Of a stretch of 64,000 bases of DNA, positions 38,490 to 47,645 are shown piece by piece. The stretch's first letter is position 1, and each line of letters begins with the position of its first letter. Below the pieces are notes generated by a model. That model was not told where the DNA came from and ran no database searches. It was given only the letters and a program-made list of their open reading frames with translations. The DNA is from Fibrobacteria bacterium (GTDB taxonomy: Bacteria > Fibrobacterota > Chitinivibrionia > Chitinivibrionales > FEN-1185), in assembly GCA_037447435.1 (NCBI GenBank), contig JBBIGR010000014.1, positions 16,318-80,317 of the forward strand, given 5' to 3'. A program made the translations under genes and the position numbers.

Positions 38490-39575
38490 TCAGTCACGCT
38501 TCGGGGCGAATTTTGAACCGCCATACATTCCCATATCGTTCCGTGAATTGTCTCCATTTTTAAATTCACCGCTCGGGTTTCCGGCGTGAATGCACGGAGA
38601 ATATCGGGACAAAGTATAGCGATCGGACGTTTTTTTCCGTTTTTTTGACGCGGTTGAATCGGACAATTCCGTGTGAAGCGACTTGGCAAGCACCGTGTCT
38701 TTGATGCGCGATTTATCGGTGGGTAAAGAAACATCCCGTTCGACTGCCACAGAGTCGAATTCCGAACCGGCAAAAATAGGGTTTTTAAATAAATTATTCT
38801 TGATATCCGTGGAGTCTTTCCGATCATTTTTCTTTTTAAGAATGCCCAGTTCGGGATCACAATCCAGTAAATTGCCGTCGGAATTTCCATAAACGCAATT
38901 ATACTCAAACGTTATAGCCGACGTACCGTCGCACCAGAGCCCATTGCTTTTATTAAAGGCAATAATATTGTTTTGAAATACCGGGTTTGATTGGGAGCTC
39001 TTAATACCGAACGTATAATTGGAGGCGATGACATTATTTATGGCAGTTATATTTCCCCGTTGCTGGCAAACAATACCAACATTATTATAATCGATTCGAC
39101 AATGATGGACATTGGGACTGCAATTTAAAACGCTTATCGCATTATACGCGCCGCTAATATCGGCATACCCGAATTCAACACCTTTTTCGGGTGCATTTTT
39201 AAAAACGATACCGTACCATCGCGGCCCGGCTCCCTTTGCTCCTTCCGGCATAAATGAAATACGTTTATCGGCAATCCCGACGCATTCGAATCCGCCCTGA
39301 ACAACAATTGAAATCGTGCCGGAATCCAATGCGTCAAGCTGCGGTACCGCCTTGTTGCGCACACGCTCCTTGCCGATGAGAATAGCGGTCCCCGGCCCGA
39401 TTGCAAGATGCGCACTTTTACTCACCATAATATCCTGGGTAACCACATACGGTCCCTCTTCGGCAGTCCAGCGCGTATCTTTATTGATAATTCCGCCCAC
39501 TACCGTTTCCGCATCGGTTGCTCCCGGAAAAACAAAAAGCCCCGTGAATAGCACTATAAAAAAGCGGTTCTTCAT
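38490..39575 (-). CDS. secreted right-handed parallel beta-helix repeat protein
   Basis: A signal peptide is present. PbH1-like repeats are NNIIAFNKSNGLWCDG and NCVYGNSDGN. The start overlaps the stop of the upstream cNMP-binding regulator by 4 nt. Confidence 0.6.
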   Translation of the reverse strand: MKNRFFIVLFTGLFVFPGATDAETVVGGIINKDTRWTAEEGPYVVTQDIMVSKSAHLAIGPGTAILIGKERVRNKAVPQLDALDSGTISIVVQGGFECVGIADKRISFMPEGAKGAGPRWYGIVFKNAPEKGVEFGYADISGAYNAISVLNCSPNVHHCRIDYNNVGIVCQQRGNITAINNVIASNYTFGIKSSQSNPVFQNNIIAFNKSNGLWCDGTSAITFEYNCVYGNSDGNLLDCDPELGILKKKNDRKDSTDIKNNLFKNPIFAGSEFDSVAVERDVSLPTDKSRIKDTVLAKSLHTELSDSTASKKRKKTSDRYTLSRYSPCIHAGNPSGEFKNGDNSRNDMGMYGGSKFAPKRD

Positions 39576-40534
39576 TCTGTTTCCACCAAATCTTTGTAAG
39601 CGTAATACAGCAAATACTTTTCGTATGTCGGAACAGTAATAAAAAACTGATATCCTTCTATCGGATGAGCATCCGGTTTTGCCGCTTGTACCTTTACATA
39701 CGTTAAAATTTCGGAATCCTTGAATTCCGTCAGCACCCTGACATGATCGCGCTCGATTTTCGCCTGAGAACAGGCGGAAATCATGTCTGCATTCGATATT
39801 TCGCTCTTAATTTCGGTTCCGCCTTTTTGTAGTGCAACAAAATTCCCAAGCGAAAAGATAAGCGCAATTGCCTCGGAAGAAAATCCGGGGATTTTTTCAT
39901 ACGCTTTTTTAAAAACCATTCGTAAATAATCGCAGAAGCCCGACAGCTTGGTTCCGTCCAGTAGAATTATCCTTCCCTCTTTTACCTCTATGATGCCGTT
40001 TGTTTGCAACACATCGAGCAAATGCATAATGCAACGATTATTGACGGTCAAAAGTTGAGACAATTCGCACGTCGTATGAGCGAGATCCAATTCTCTGAAA
40101 GAAGCGGTGCCCGTCGCCGAACCGTGACGCAGAAAATAATAGTGCAACGCTATAATTGTATGTAAACAATGATTCTTGGTTTGAATGGATTCCAGCCGCG
40201 AATTCGCTTTTCGTATTTTTTCGCTGGTCGTTCTAATCATCGACATAAACCAGGCCGGGACACCGCTTATTTTTTTAAGAAACGTGTCTGCGTCGATCAC
40301 GATAACGGCTGTCTCTTTAATCGCAAGAGCCGAAGCACTACGCGGCTTACCGTCTATAAGCGCCATTTCGCCGAAAACCGAACCTTTTGCAAGTTTTGTA
40401 AGTTCGACATCTTTTGTACCGATTTTGCGATATATCTTTATCATACCGGATTGAACAATATACAATTCCTGGGAATGGTCGTTCTCATGGAAAAGATGGG
40501 TTCCGGGTTTGAATGTCTTGGCAAAAGGTTGCAT
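39572..40534 (-). CDS. Crp/Fnr-family transcription factor (cNMP-binding domain + HTH) with ~130-aa C-terminal extension
   Basis: The N-terminal cyclic-nucleotide-binding domain reads ..LYIVQSGMIKIYR...GSVFGEMALIDGKPRSASALA. A Crp-type HTH reads TCELSQLLTVNNRCIMHLLDVLQTNGIIEV. Extra C-terminal residues have unknown function. Confidence 0.75.
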   Translation of the reverse strand: MQPFAKTFKPGTHLFHENDHSQELYIVQSGMIKIYRKIGTKDVELTKLAKGSVFGEMALIDGKPRSASALAIKETAVIVIDADTFLKKISGVPAWFMSMIRTTSEKIRKANSRLESIQTKNHCLHTIIALHYYFLRHGSATGTASFRELDLAHTTCELSQLLTVNNRCIMHLLDVLQTNGIIEVKEGRIILLDGTKLSGFCDYLRMVFKKAYEKIPGFSSEAIALIFSLGNFVALQKGGTEIKSEISNADMISACSQAKIERDHVRVLTEFKDSEILTYVKVQAAKPDAHPIEGYQFFITVPTYEKYLLYYAYKDLVETE

Positions 40535-40618
40535 AGTTTTTTTAACGACAGGAATTATTTTAAAATTTCCCTTTTAATTGTACGTTTCACGCTTTGTAAA
40601 ATCAAGGAGAATACTTCG

Positions 40619-41434
40619 TTGCGTCCCATTACGTTTTCAATTGTTTTCGCACTAATCATAACACTATCGGGCGGATGCTCCCGGAATAAAGAAGTTGCAT
40701 TGACCGTGGATTTTTCGGGGAAACGGCAATTCCGTTATTGTATTGATGCCGTTGTTCGCGGATCAATAGCCTCGATCGACACGCAGCGCTCTTTTCAAAG
40801 CGCCGCAATGTGTACGCTCATTTGCTCGGGAGACGGCAAAAACAGAACAATGTTTCATGCCACCGTGCCGTATGCAAAATTTAGCTCCACAATTCTCGGG
40901 GAAGACGAAATCAACAACCTGACGCAACAAGCGCGTGACGTAAAACTCACTTGCGCTTTGGACAATGCAACCATTGTTCCCGATGATTCCATGGATTTGC
41001 CGCTTATACGAATCGGCGAATGGGATGTCTTTACCGATCTTATAAAGGCGATTCCTGCTTTGCCTAAAACAAAAGTGAAAAAAGGCGCTTCGTGGGACAG
41101 AGAAAAAATCATCCCGCTTGACACTAAACAGGGAAAAGCAACGGGGCACTTATACCAATCCTTTAAACTCGATAGTATTTCATATCCGGCAAATAAATTC
41201 CTGATCGCCTATATTTCATGGAACTTCACCTATCAAATCGAACTTCACGAACGCGATTCCTTAAAAATCCTGGACCGGATGCCCTCTCGCGGTATCGGAC
41301 AGGGGCAAGCCGCGGTGGATATAAGCAACAAAAGGCTTGAATATGCAAAAGCGAGTTTTTCGGTGCCTCAAGCGAGCGAAGGATTGTACAAAATATCCTG
41401 GAATGAATCTATTTCCCTGAAGTATGTCCCATGA
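40619..41434 (+). CDS. hypothetical lipoprotein
   Basis: TTG start at 40619 is preceded by AAGGAGAA. The lipobox is LSGGC. The longer six-frame ORF from 40169 overlaps the regulator on the opposite strand and is rejected. The stop overlaps the start of the next gene (ATGA). Confidence 0.45.
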   Translation: MRPITFSIVFALIITLSGGCSRNKEVALTVDFSGKRQFRYCIDAVVRGSIASIDTQRSFQSAAMCTLICSGDGKNRTMFHATVPYAKFSSTILGEDEINNLTQQARDVKLTCALDNATIVPDDSMDLPLIRIGEWDVFTDLIKAIPALPKTKVKKGASWDREKIIPLDTKQGKATGHLYQSFKLDSISYPANKFLIAYISWNFTYQIELHERDSLKILDRMPSRGIGQGQAAVDISNKRLEYAKASFSVPQASEGLYKISWNESISLKYVP

Positions 41435-42123
41435 AATTTTTACTTTTCTTTTTATCCATAGCGGCATTCTCAAACGTCGTACGTGCCCAAAACGATAAAT
41501 TCGTCATTAATAAAGACACAATTCTTTCATCGAGTTTTGAAGTTCCCGACAGCATGACCTGTTCGATTTCGCCCGGAGTCACGATTAAATTCAATTGCTA
41601 TGGAAAATTTATCGTGCGGGGCCTGCTCATTGCCCAAGGCACTTCACAAAAACCGATTACCTTTACCTGTATCGACCGTGCGCATGGTGCGGAAAAACCT
41701 CCCTGTTGGTACGGTTTGTTCGTTATGGGAAAATCGTCCCATGCCGATATGCGTAATTGTCGATTCGAAGGAATGTATCGTGCGCTTATTTACGAGTCGC
41801 GCCCACTATTCGATTCTTGCGAATTTGCAGGGAATCATTGCGGACTCTATTGCACAAAAAAAGCCGCGCCACTCGTGCGTAATTGCCGGTTCTACAGAAA
41901 TATATACGGCATTGTGTCCGACTTTTCGGCACCCTTGCTTGCCAACAATATCATTTCGGAAAACACCATCGGAATAGATTTACAAGTAGGTTCGATGCCC
42001 CTTGCGGGTCCAAATACAATTTTTGGAAACCAAACAAATATCAAGACGGAAGCCGCACTCAAAGGTGACAGTACTGCCTTGCCTGCTCGATATTTGTGGG
42101 AACTTATGAACGAATTATTTTAA
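41431..42123 (+). CDS. secreted parallel beta-helix repeat protein (Cys-rich)
   Basis: Signal peptide MKFLLFFLSIAAFSNVVRAQ. Repeats read NCRFEGMY../SCEFAGNHCGLY../NCRFYRNIYGIV.., which is PbH1-like. Size is 230 aa. Confidence 0.55.
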   Translation: MKFLLFFLSIAAFSNVVRAQNDKFVINKDTILSSSFEVPDSMTCSISPGVTIKFNCYGKFIVRGLLIAQGTSQKPITFTCIDRAHGAEKPPCWYGLFVMGKSSHADMRNCRFEGMYRALIYESRPLFDSCEFAGNHCGLYCTKKAAPLVRNCRFYRNIYGIVSDFSAPLLANNIISENTIGIDLQVGSMPLAGPNTIFGNQTNIKTEAALKGDSTALPARYLWELMNELF

Positions 42124-42163
42124 TTGGGTTACGGCTTAATTCTCTTTTACAAGGAGGTTTCGC

Positions 42164-42898
42164 GTGCAAAACGAAGTGAGCAGACGCTCTTTCATGAAAA
42201 CCGCAGCGGCAACAGGCGCCGCTTTGGGGCTGGGCTCGACTGCCGATACGATATTTGCCGATGTCAAACCGGTACAATTGCCCCAGGTTCCCAAAGACGT
42301 TTCGATGATTCAACTTCCTTATGCGCAATCGGCGCTGAGCCCTTCCATTTCGGCAAGGACCGTTGATTTACATTATCGAATGCATCATACCGGATATTAT
42401 ACAATGTTAAAGGGGTGGATCAATGTCCATCCGGAATATCAGAATCAAACATTGGTACAATTGATTCAATCCAATAAAAACGGCATCAATATGGCGGAAA
42501 CGGTTTTCCACTATTCGATTCTCCTTAACAACCACAACTGGTATTGGGCAAGCCTGACGCCGCACGGAGGCGGCTTGCCTAAAGGGAAAATATCAAAATT
42601 GATAAATGATTCTTACGGATCCTATGATGCATTCAGAAAATCATTTCTCGAAGAAGGTATGCAGCTTGGAATCGGATGGGTTTGGACCGTCTTGGACAAC
42701 AACAAACTCAAAGTGTATCTTTCGGAATACGGCGACACGCCCATTTTACGTGGATATCAACCCCTCCTTGCAATCGATGTATGGGAGCATGCCTACTACA
42801 TGGATTACCAAAACGAACGGCAGAAATATCTTGAAGCTGTTTTAGATAAGCTGCTCAATTGGGATTTTGCAGAAAGCAATTTACCTGCGGTAAAGTGA
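42164..42898 (+). CDS. Fe/Mn superoxide dismutase with twin-arginine (Tat) signal peptide
   Basis: The Tat motif SRRSFMK has a hydrophobic region and AxA site (IFA). SOD motifs are LPYAQSALSPSIS...LHYRMHH and DVWEHAYYMDYQN. Confidence 0.9.
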   Translation: MQNEVSRRSFMKTAAATGAALGLGSTADTIFADVKPVQLPQVPKDVSMIQLPYAQSALSPSISARTVDLHYRMHHTGYYTMLKGWINVHPEYQNQTLVQLIQSNKNGINMAETVFHYSILLNNHNWYWASLTPHGGGLPKGKISKLINDSYGSYDAFRKSFLEEGMQLGIGWVWTVLDNNKLKVYLSEYGDTPILRGYQPLLAIDVWEHAYYMDYQNERQKYLEAVLDKLLNWDFAESNLPAVK

Positions 42899-42974
42899 TT
42901 GCACCGAGGCGTCATTTATCGGCAAGGCCCCGGCAGAACGCCGGGGCTTTTTTTGTCGATAAAGCGGGGCATTT

Positions 42975-44228
42975 TTATTGATATTTTTTAAACAACAGAC
43001 TTGCGTTTTGGCCTCCAAAGCCGAATGTATTGCTGAGTGCGGCCCGTATGTTCTTTTTGACCGGTTTATGCAATGTCAAATCCACGCGTATATCGATTGC
43101 GGGGTCGAGCACTTCGGTATTGATGGTGGGCGGTATTTCGCCTTCTTTAACCGCAAGAACGGTCGCAACTGCCTCGATGGCACCCGCAGCGCCGAGGAGA
43201 TGTCCGGTCATGGATTTTGTACCGCTGACATGGAGCGTGCTCAGAGAAGCTTCGAACAATTTCTGTACGGCCAGGAGCTCCGGAGGGTCACCCGCCGGTG
43301 TCGACGTCGCATGCAAATTGACATAATCGACATCCGGAGGCAATAATCCCGCTTCATCCATCGCGCTTTTCATTGCCATGAATACGGATCTGCCTTCGGG
43401 TTGAGGCAGCGCATAATGATGAGCGTCGGCAGTCATACCGCCGCCAACTACCTCGGCCAGTATTCTTGCGTTGCGTTTCTCTGCGTGGGCAAGCGTTTCC
43501 AAAACCAAGGCACCCGCACCTTCGCCTAAAACAAAGCCATCGCGTTTTACATCAAACGGGCGTGAAGACTTTTGAGGCTCGTCGTTATTTTCGGACAGGG
43601 CATGCATCGCATTGAAGCCTCCTATAGCGGTCTCGTTGACCGACGCTTCGGAACCGCCGGCAAGCACGACATCGGCTTTTCCGAGTCTCAACACATTGAA
43701 TGCATCGATTATCGCATGGGACGACGAGGCGCAGGCGCTGACCGTGCCATAATTGACACCTCGGAAATCGTACCGCATGGCGATAATGCCGGCCGCTATA
43801 TTGGATATCATCTTGATGATCATATGAGGAGAGAATCTCGGGTTGGAGCCCTTTTGCGCGAATCGGATAATTTCGTCTTGCAACGAGGTAAGACCTCCGA
43901 TTCCCGACGAAAAAATCACTCCATAGCGGAATTGGTCGGCCTCAAGTTTTTTAAGACCGGCATTGTCCATTGCCTGGCTGGCCGCTGCTATTGCAAATTG
44001 AGTAAAGAGGTCCATTGAACGGACTTCTTTGGAGTCGAGATATTGCAAAGCGTCGAACCCTTTTACTTCACAGGCAAATTTAGTCTTGAAATTAGAACTA
44101 TCGAATCTTGTTATCGGTCCTGCACCGTTTTTGCCGTTTAGTAAGGCGGCCCAGTATTGATCCACTGTATTGCCGATGGGCGTGACTGCGCCCAAGCCGG
44201 TTACAACAACCCTATTCAAAGACGTCAT
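42975..44228 (-). CDS. fabF: 3-oxoacyl-ACP synthase II
   Basis: The active-site Cys is in GVNYGTVSACASS. The His-His pair is in NLHATSTPAGD and GHLLGAAG, and the product ends FGFGGQNASLLFKK. RBS is AGGAGGATAC. Confidence 0.92.
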   Translation of the reverse strand: MTSLNRVVVTGLGAVTPIGNTVDQYWAALLNGKNGAGPITRFDSSNFKTKFACEVKGFDALQYLDSKEVRSMDLFTQFAIAAASQAMDNAGLKKLEADQFRYGVIFSSGIGGLTSLQDEIIRFAQKGSNPRFSPHMIIKMISNIAAGIIAMRYDFRGVNYGTVSACASSSHAIIDAFNVLRLGKADVVLAGGSEASVNETAIGGFNAMHALSENNDEPQKSSRPFDVKRDGFVLGEGAGALVLETLAHAEKRNARILAEVVGGGMTADAHHYALPQPEGRSVFMAMKSAMDEAGLLPPDVDYVNLHATSTPAGDPPELLAVQKLFEASLSTLHVSGTKSMTGHLLGAAGAIEAVATVLAVKEGEIPPTINTEVLDPAIDIRVDLTLHKPVKKNIRAALSNTFGFGGQNASLLFKKYQ

Positions 44229-44251
44229 CGGTATCCTCCTTATATGAATTG

Positions 44252-44264
44252 TACCGTTTGGTAT
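44252..44264. promoter_or_regulatory. candidate TetR operator half-palindrome upstream of fabF (TACCGTTTGGTAT)
   Basis: It shares ACCnTTTGGTAT with the palindrome upstream of the adjacent TetR gene (45044-45057). It sits just upstream of the fabF RBS. Confidence 0.35.
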
Positions 44265-44405
44265 ATTTTATTAAGCTTTCTGCCGCGTATAGTTAAAACA
44301 ACTGTCTATTAATACTATGCATCAAGTTTTACGGAAGATCATTCCGTACACTATTGACAATTAATTATTTCGTTGCATCGCCCCGCGCTATCGCTTTGGA
44401 AAACA

Positions 44406-44996
44406 TCACGGCTTCATCTGATTGATCATTTCATCTATTTTGTCCAAAACCATGCCGAGACTCGAACTTTCATTGTACGCTTTCGACATCATCGTGGCAC
44501 CTTCAAGCAGCGCAATAAACAACGTCGCTATCATATGGGGGTTTGCATCCTGTTTGATCTCGCCGCATCGTATTCCTTTTGTAATGATTGATGAAAACAA
44601 CCGACGCCATAATTCCAGAGCGCGTACCACTTTTTCCTGCAGAAGCGGATTGGTATCGTCGGCCTCTATGGATGTATTGAGAATCGGACAACCGCCCTTG
44701 ATTGGCCAGAAATCGGGAAAAGTCCGGTACATATCGAAAATCGCTCTCAATTTTTCAATCGCATTACCTTTTTTAGCCGCTTCGCAATCCATCTTTTCAT
44801 GGATAAGGTCTCTGGCATATTCAAAACATTCAACGGCGAGTTCTTCCTTGCTGTTGAAGAGTCCGTATATGCAACCTTTGGTAAGACCGGTCGCAGTTTC
44901 CAAATCCGAAAGGGATGTGCCGACAAAGCCCTTTTGATTGAAAACTGGGGCGCATCTGGCAAGAATGAATTCCCGGGTTTTTTCGGATTTCTTCAT
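44406..44996 (-). CDS. TetR/AcrR family transcriptional regulator
   Basis: The N-terminal HTH reads FNQKGFVGTSLSDLETATGLTKGCIYGLFNSKEEL. Size is 196 aa. It lies immediately upstream of fabF, co-directional. Confidence 0.8.
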   Translation of the reverse strand: MKKSEKTREFILARCAPVFNQKGFVGTSLSDLETATGLTKGCIYGLFNSKEELAVECFEYARDLIHEKMDCEAAKKGNAIEKLRAIFDMYRTFPDFWPIKGGCPILNTSIEADDTNPLLQEKVVRALELWRRLFSSIITKGIRCGEIKQDANPHMIATLFIALLEGATMMSKAYNESSSLGMVLDKIDEMINQMKP

Positions 44997-45043
44997 TTGG
45001 AAACGACCAATGTCAATCTACAGCTTTTTCCCATATCTAAAAT

Positions 45044-45057
45044 ATACCATTTGGTAT
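45044..45057. promoter_or_regulatory. palindrome ATACCA-tt-TGGTAT upstream of the TetR gene (candidate autoregulatory operator)
   Basis: A perfect 6-2-6 inverted repeat lies ~50 nt upstream of the TetR start. A related copy is at 44252-44264. Confidence 0.35.
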
Positions 45058-45204
45058 TTTTTGATGCAATTGAATCGTTTTGACTCGAACCGGCCGCTAC
45101 GATTTACCTGTAAAAAATGAGTTTGCTCCCGGGCCGTATGCTATTTTTTAGGCATTCCTTATTTTGATTATTTTTTTATACCTTATATTGGACAGGAACT
45201 TTTC

Positions 45205-46299
45205 ATGGGACTTTCTGCAGGAATTGTCGGGCTGCCGAACGTGGGAAAATCCACGCTGTTTAATGCACTGACCAGCGCAAAAGCCGAGGTGCAAAACTAT
45301 CCGTTTACCACTATCGATCCAAACAACGGTATCGTTGCAGTCCCGGACGAACGCCTCAACCGCATCACGCAGCTTATTCCTACCGCAAAAGTCGTTCCTG
45401 CATTTTTGGAACTCGTGGACATTGCGGGCCTTGTCAAAGGAGCATCTAAGGGCGAAGGATTGGGCAATCAGTTTTTGGGTCATATAAAAAATGTCGATGC
45501 TATTGTCCATGTTGTGCGGTGCTTCAAGGATCCCAACGTCATTCATGTTGAAGGCTCGGTTGACCCATTGCGAGACATCGGCCTCATTGATACCGAGCTT
45601 ATGTTTGCAGACCTCGGCACTGCCGAACGCGGATTGCTTCGAGTTTCAAAAGCAGCCAAATCGGGCGATAAGGAAGCCAAAGAACAATTGGTTGTTTTTG
45701 AAAAAGTGCAGGATTCCCTTTCCCGCGGTGTGCCGGTACGGCAAACCATTACCGAGCCTTCTCAATTGCAGATGCTCTCGCAACTTAATTTGCTGACCGC
45801 CAAACCGGTATTATACATTGCCAATGTCGACGAAGACAATATCCTGGCCGACAATGAAGCTGTCGCCGCAGTACGAAAGCATGCCGCCCTGACAAATTCG
45901 GAAGTTGTTCGCATAAGCGGTAAAATGGAATCCGAAATCGCAGCGCTTTCGCCTGAAGAGCGGCCTGAATTTTTAGCAAGTGTCGGACTTACCCAACCCG
46001 GATTGGCGCAGTTGGCGCAGGCTATTTATAAATTACTCGGGTTGGAAACATTTTTTACCGCAGGAGCGGAAGAGAATCGCGCCTGGACCATTAGAAAAGG
46101 AATTACGGCACCTAAAGCAGCCGGAACGATCCATACCGATTTTGAAAAAGGCTTCATAAAGGCGGACGTTTATACTCTTGGCGACCTCGAGCAATATAAA
46201 TCCGAGGCAGCAATTCGTGCGGCAGGCAAGATTCGGTCGGAAGGCAAGGAATATATTGTCAAGGACGGAGATATTATGTTTTACAAATTTAATGTTTAA
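45205..46299 (+). CDS. ychF: ribosome-binding ATPase YchF (Obg-family GTPase)
   Basis: G1 is GIVGLPNVGKSTLFNALT, followed by G3 DIAGLV and G4 NVDED. A C-terminal TGS domain is present. Size is 364 aa. Confidence 0.92.
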   Translation: MGLSAGIVGLPNVGKSTLFNALTSAKAEVQNYPFTTIDPNNGIVAVPDERLNRITQLIPTAKVVPAFLELVDIAGLVKGASKGEGLGNQFLGHIKNVDAIVHVVRCFKDPNVIHVEGSVDPLRDIGLIDTELMFADLGTAERGLLRVSKAAKSGDKEAKEQLVVFEKVQDSLSRGVPVRQTITEPSQLQMLSQLNLLTAKPVLYIANVDEDNILADNEAVAAVRKHAALTNSEVVRISGKMESEIAALSPEERPEFLASVGLTQPGLAQLAQAIYKLLGLETFFTAGAEENRAWTIRKGITAPKAAGTIHTDFEKGFIKADVYTLGDLEQYKSEAAIRAAGKIRSEGKEYIVKDGDIMFYKFNV

Positions 46300-46314
46300 T
46301 AAATAACCCCAGTC

Positions 46315-47535
46315 ATGAATGACAGACTTTTATATTTGTACCGATGGACATTATGGAATGTTTTTTCCAGGATTTTTGTAAAATTCTGGCTTGGGCCCAG
46401 ATATAATTTTTCCAAGTCACCCAATTCCGATTCGCTCCCGAAACCGCCGTTTATCGTCGTTGCCAATCACGGAACGTTTTTTGACCCCTGGATAATCGGT
46501 TATTACAGCCGATACCCCTTTACAATTATGTGCAACGACGATGCCTTCCGCGGTAATGCGGTATCGCGCTGGTACCTCAAAAACATCGGAGCATTTCCCA
46601 AGAAAAAAGGCGCTTCCGATTTCAAGGCCATGAAAACAACATTGGCCTCTTTGGCCGCAGGCTATCCGGTTTGCATTTTTCCGGAAGGCCAGACGACCTG
46701 GGACGGGGAAACGCAGCTTATTTACAAAGGTATAGAAAAAATCATTCGCCACAGCAAAGCAAGCTTGGTTATGGTGCGAAGTAACGGAAATTTCCTTACA
46801 AAACCGTGGTGGGCCGACCATATGCGGAAAGGCAAGATAGATTGTCTGTACAAAACCCTCACGCCCGACCAGCTGCAAACCATGTCCGACGCCGATTTGT
46901 TTTTAACAATTAAGAATTTTATCGCGCACAACGACATCAAGGCGAATTCGGCATTGACAACCGTATTTTCCGGGCATAATTGCGCCGACGGCTTGCAACG
47001 GTTCATGTGGATGTGCATGCATTGCGAAGGTGAAGATACGCTTACCATGAAGCACGACACCATCAAATGCAAAGCCTGCGGATCTATGTGGACTATAAAC
47101 GCGCTCGGCAAATTGACACCAAAGAAAACTCTTACAAAATCATTCTCCGATTTGCACGATTGGTCGCAATGGCATAAAATCAAGGTTAAAAACCGATTGC
47201 GCTTTGCATCCGATACCGATACCCTCACGACAGGGCAAAACATCCATTTCCAGGAACTTCACGACAACAATCAGTACTACGAATGCGGAGTCGGAACGCT
47301 GGTACTCACCAAAACGGCATTGTCGTTTTCAGCTCCAACTAAAAATATGACAATGGAATTTGCGATGGATAAAATCAACGATTACGTAATTCAAAAGAAA
47401 AACATTCTCGAAATCCGCTACGAAACATCGTATTTCCGTTTTGTCTTTCACAATACGAGCACTATGAAATGGTTGTTTTATCTGCGATACATTAAAGGAT
47501 ATGAAAAATCCGAAAAACAGGGATTTATTTCCTGA
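46315..47535 (+). CDS. lysophospholipid acyltransferase (PlsC-like) fused to a C-terminal zinc-ribbon-containing domain
   Basis: The acyltransferase HX4D motif is NHGTFFD, and motif III is IFPEGQ. The C-terminal half contains C-x2-C...C-x2-C (WMCMHCEG...IKCKACGS) and an unknown ~150-aa domain. Confidence 0.7.
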   Translation: MNDRLLYLYRWTLWNVFSRIFVKFWLGPRYNFSKSPNSDSLPKPPFIVVANHGTFFDPWIIGYYSRYPFTIMCNDDAFRGNAVSRWYLKNIGAFPKKKGASDFKAMKTTLASLAAGYPVCIFPEGQTTWDGETQLIYKGIEKIIRHSKASLVMVRSNGNFLTKPWWADHMRKGKIDCLYKTLTPDQLQTMSDADLFLTIKNFIAHNDIKANSALTTVFSGHNCADGLQRFMWMCMHCEGEDTLTMKHDTIKCKACGSMWTINALGKLTPKKTLTKSFSDLHDWSQWHKIKVKNRLRFASDTDTLTTGQNIHFQELHDNNQYYECGVGTLVLTKTALSFSAPTKNMTMEFAMDKINDYVIQKKNILEIRYETSYFRFVFHNTSTMKWLFYLRYIKGYEKSEKQGFIS

Positions 47536-47545
47536 TATGTATTAA

Positions 47546-47580
47546 AAAGGCACTTGCGGCGGCATAGCGCAAGTGCCTTT
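47546..47580. terminator. bidirectional terminator between acyltransferase (+) and ilvE (-)
   Basis: AAAGGCACTTGCG-gcggcatag-CGCAAGTGCCTTT has 13-bp arms. Confidence 0.7.
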
Positions 47581-47645
47581 ACAAAAAGCGTAGATTATCC
47601 TGCCAAGGTAACAGGTGCATATTTCAGATAGACATTAATCGAATA

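Noticed and set aside
40169-40618. 5' 150 codons of the long six-frame ORF 40169..41434
   Set aside because: This stretch overlaps the Crp-like regulator on the opposite strand. A TTG start at 40619 with an AAGGAGAA RBS and a lipoprotein signal peptide begins the real gene. The upstream residues have no coding character.
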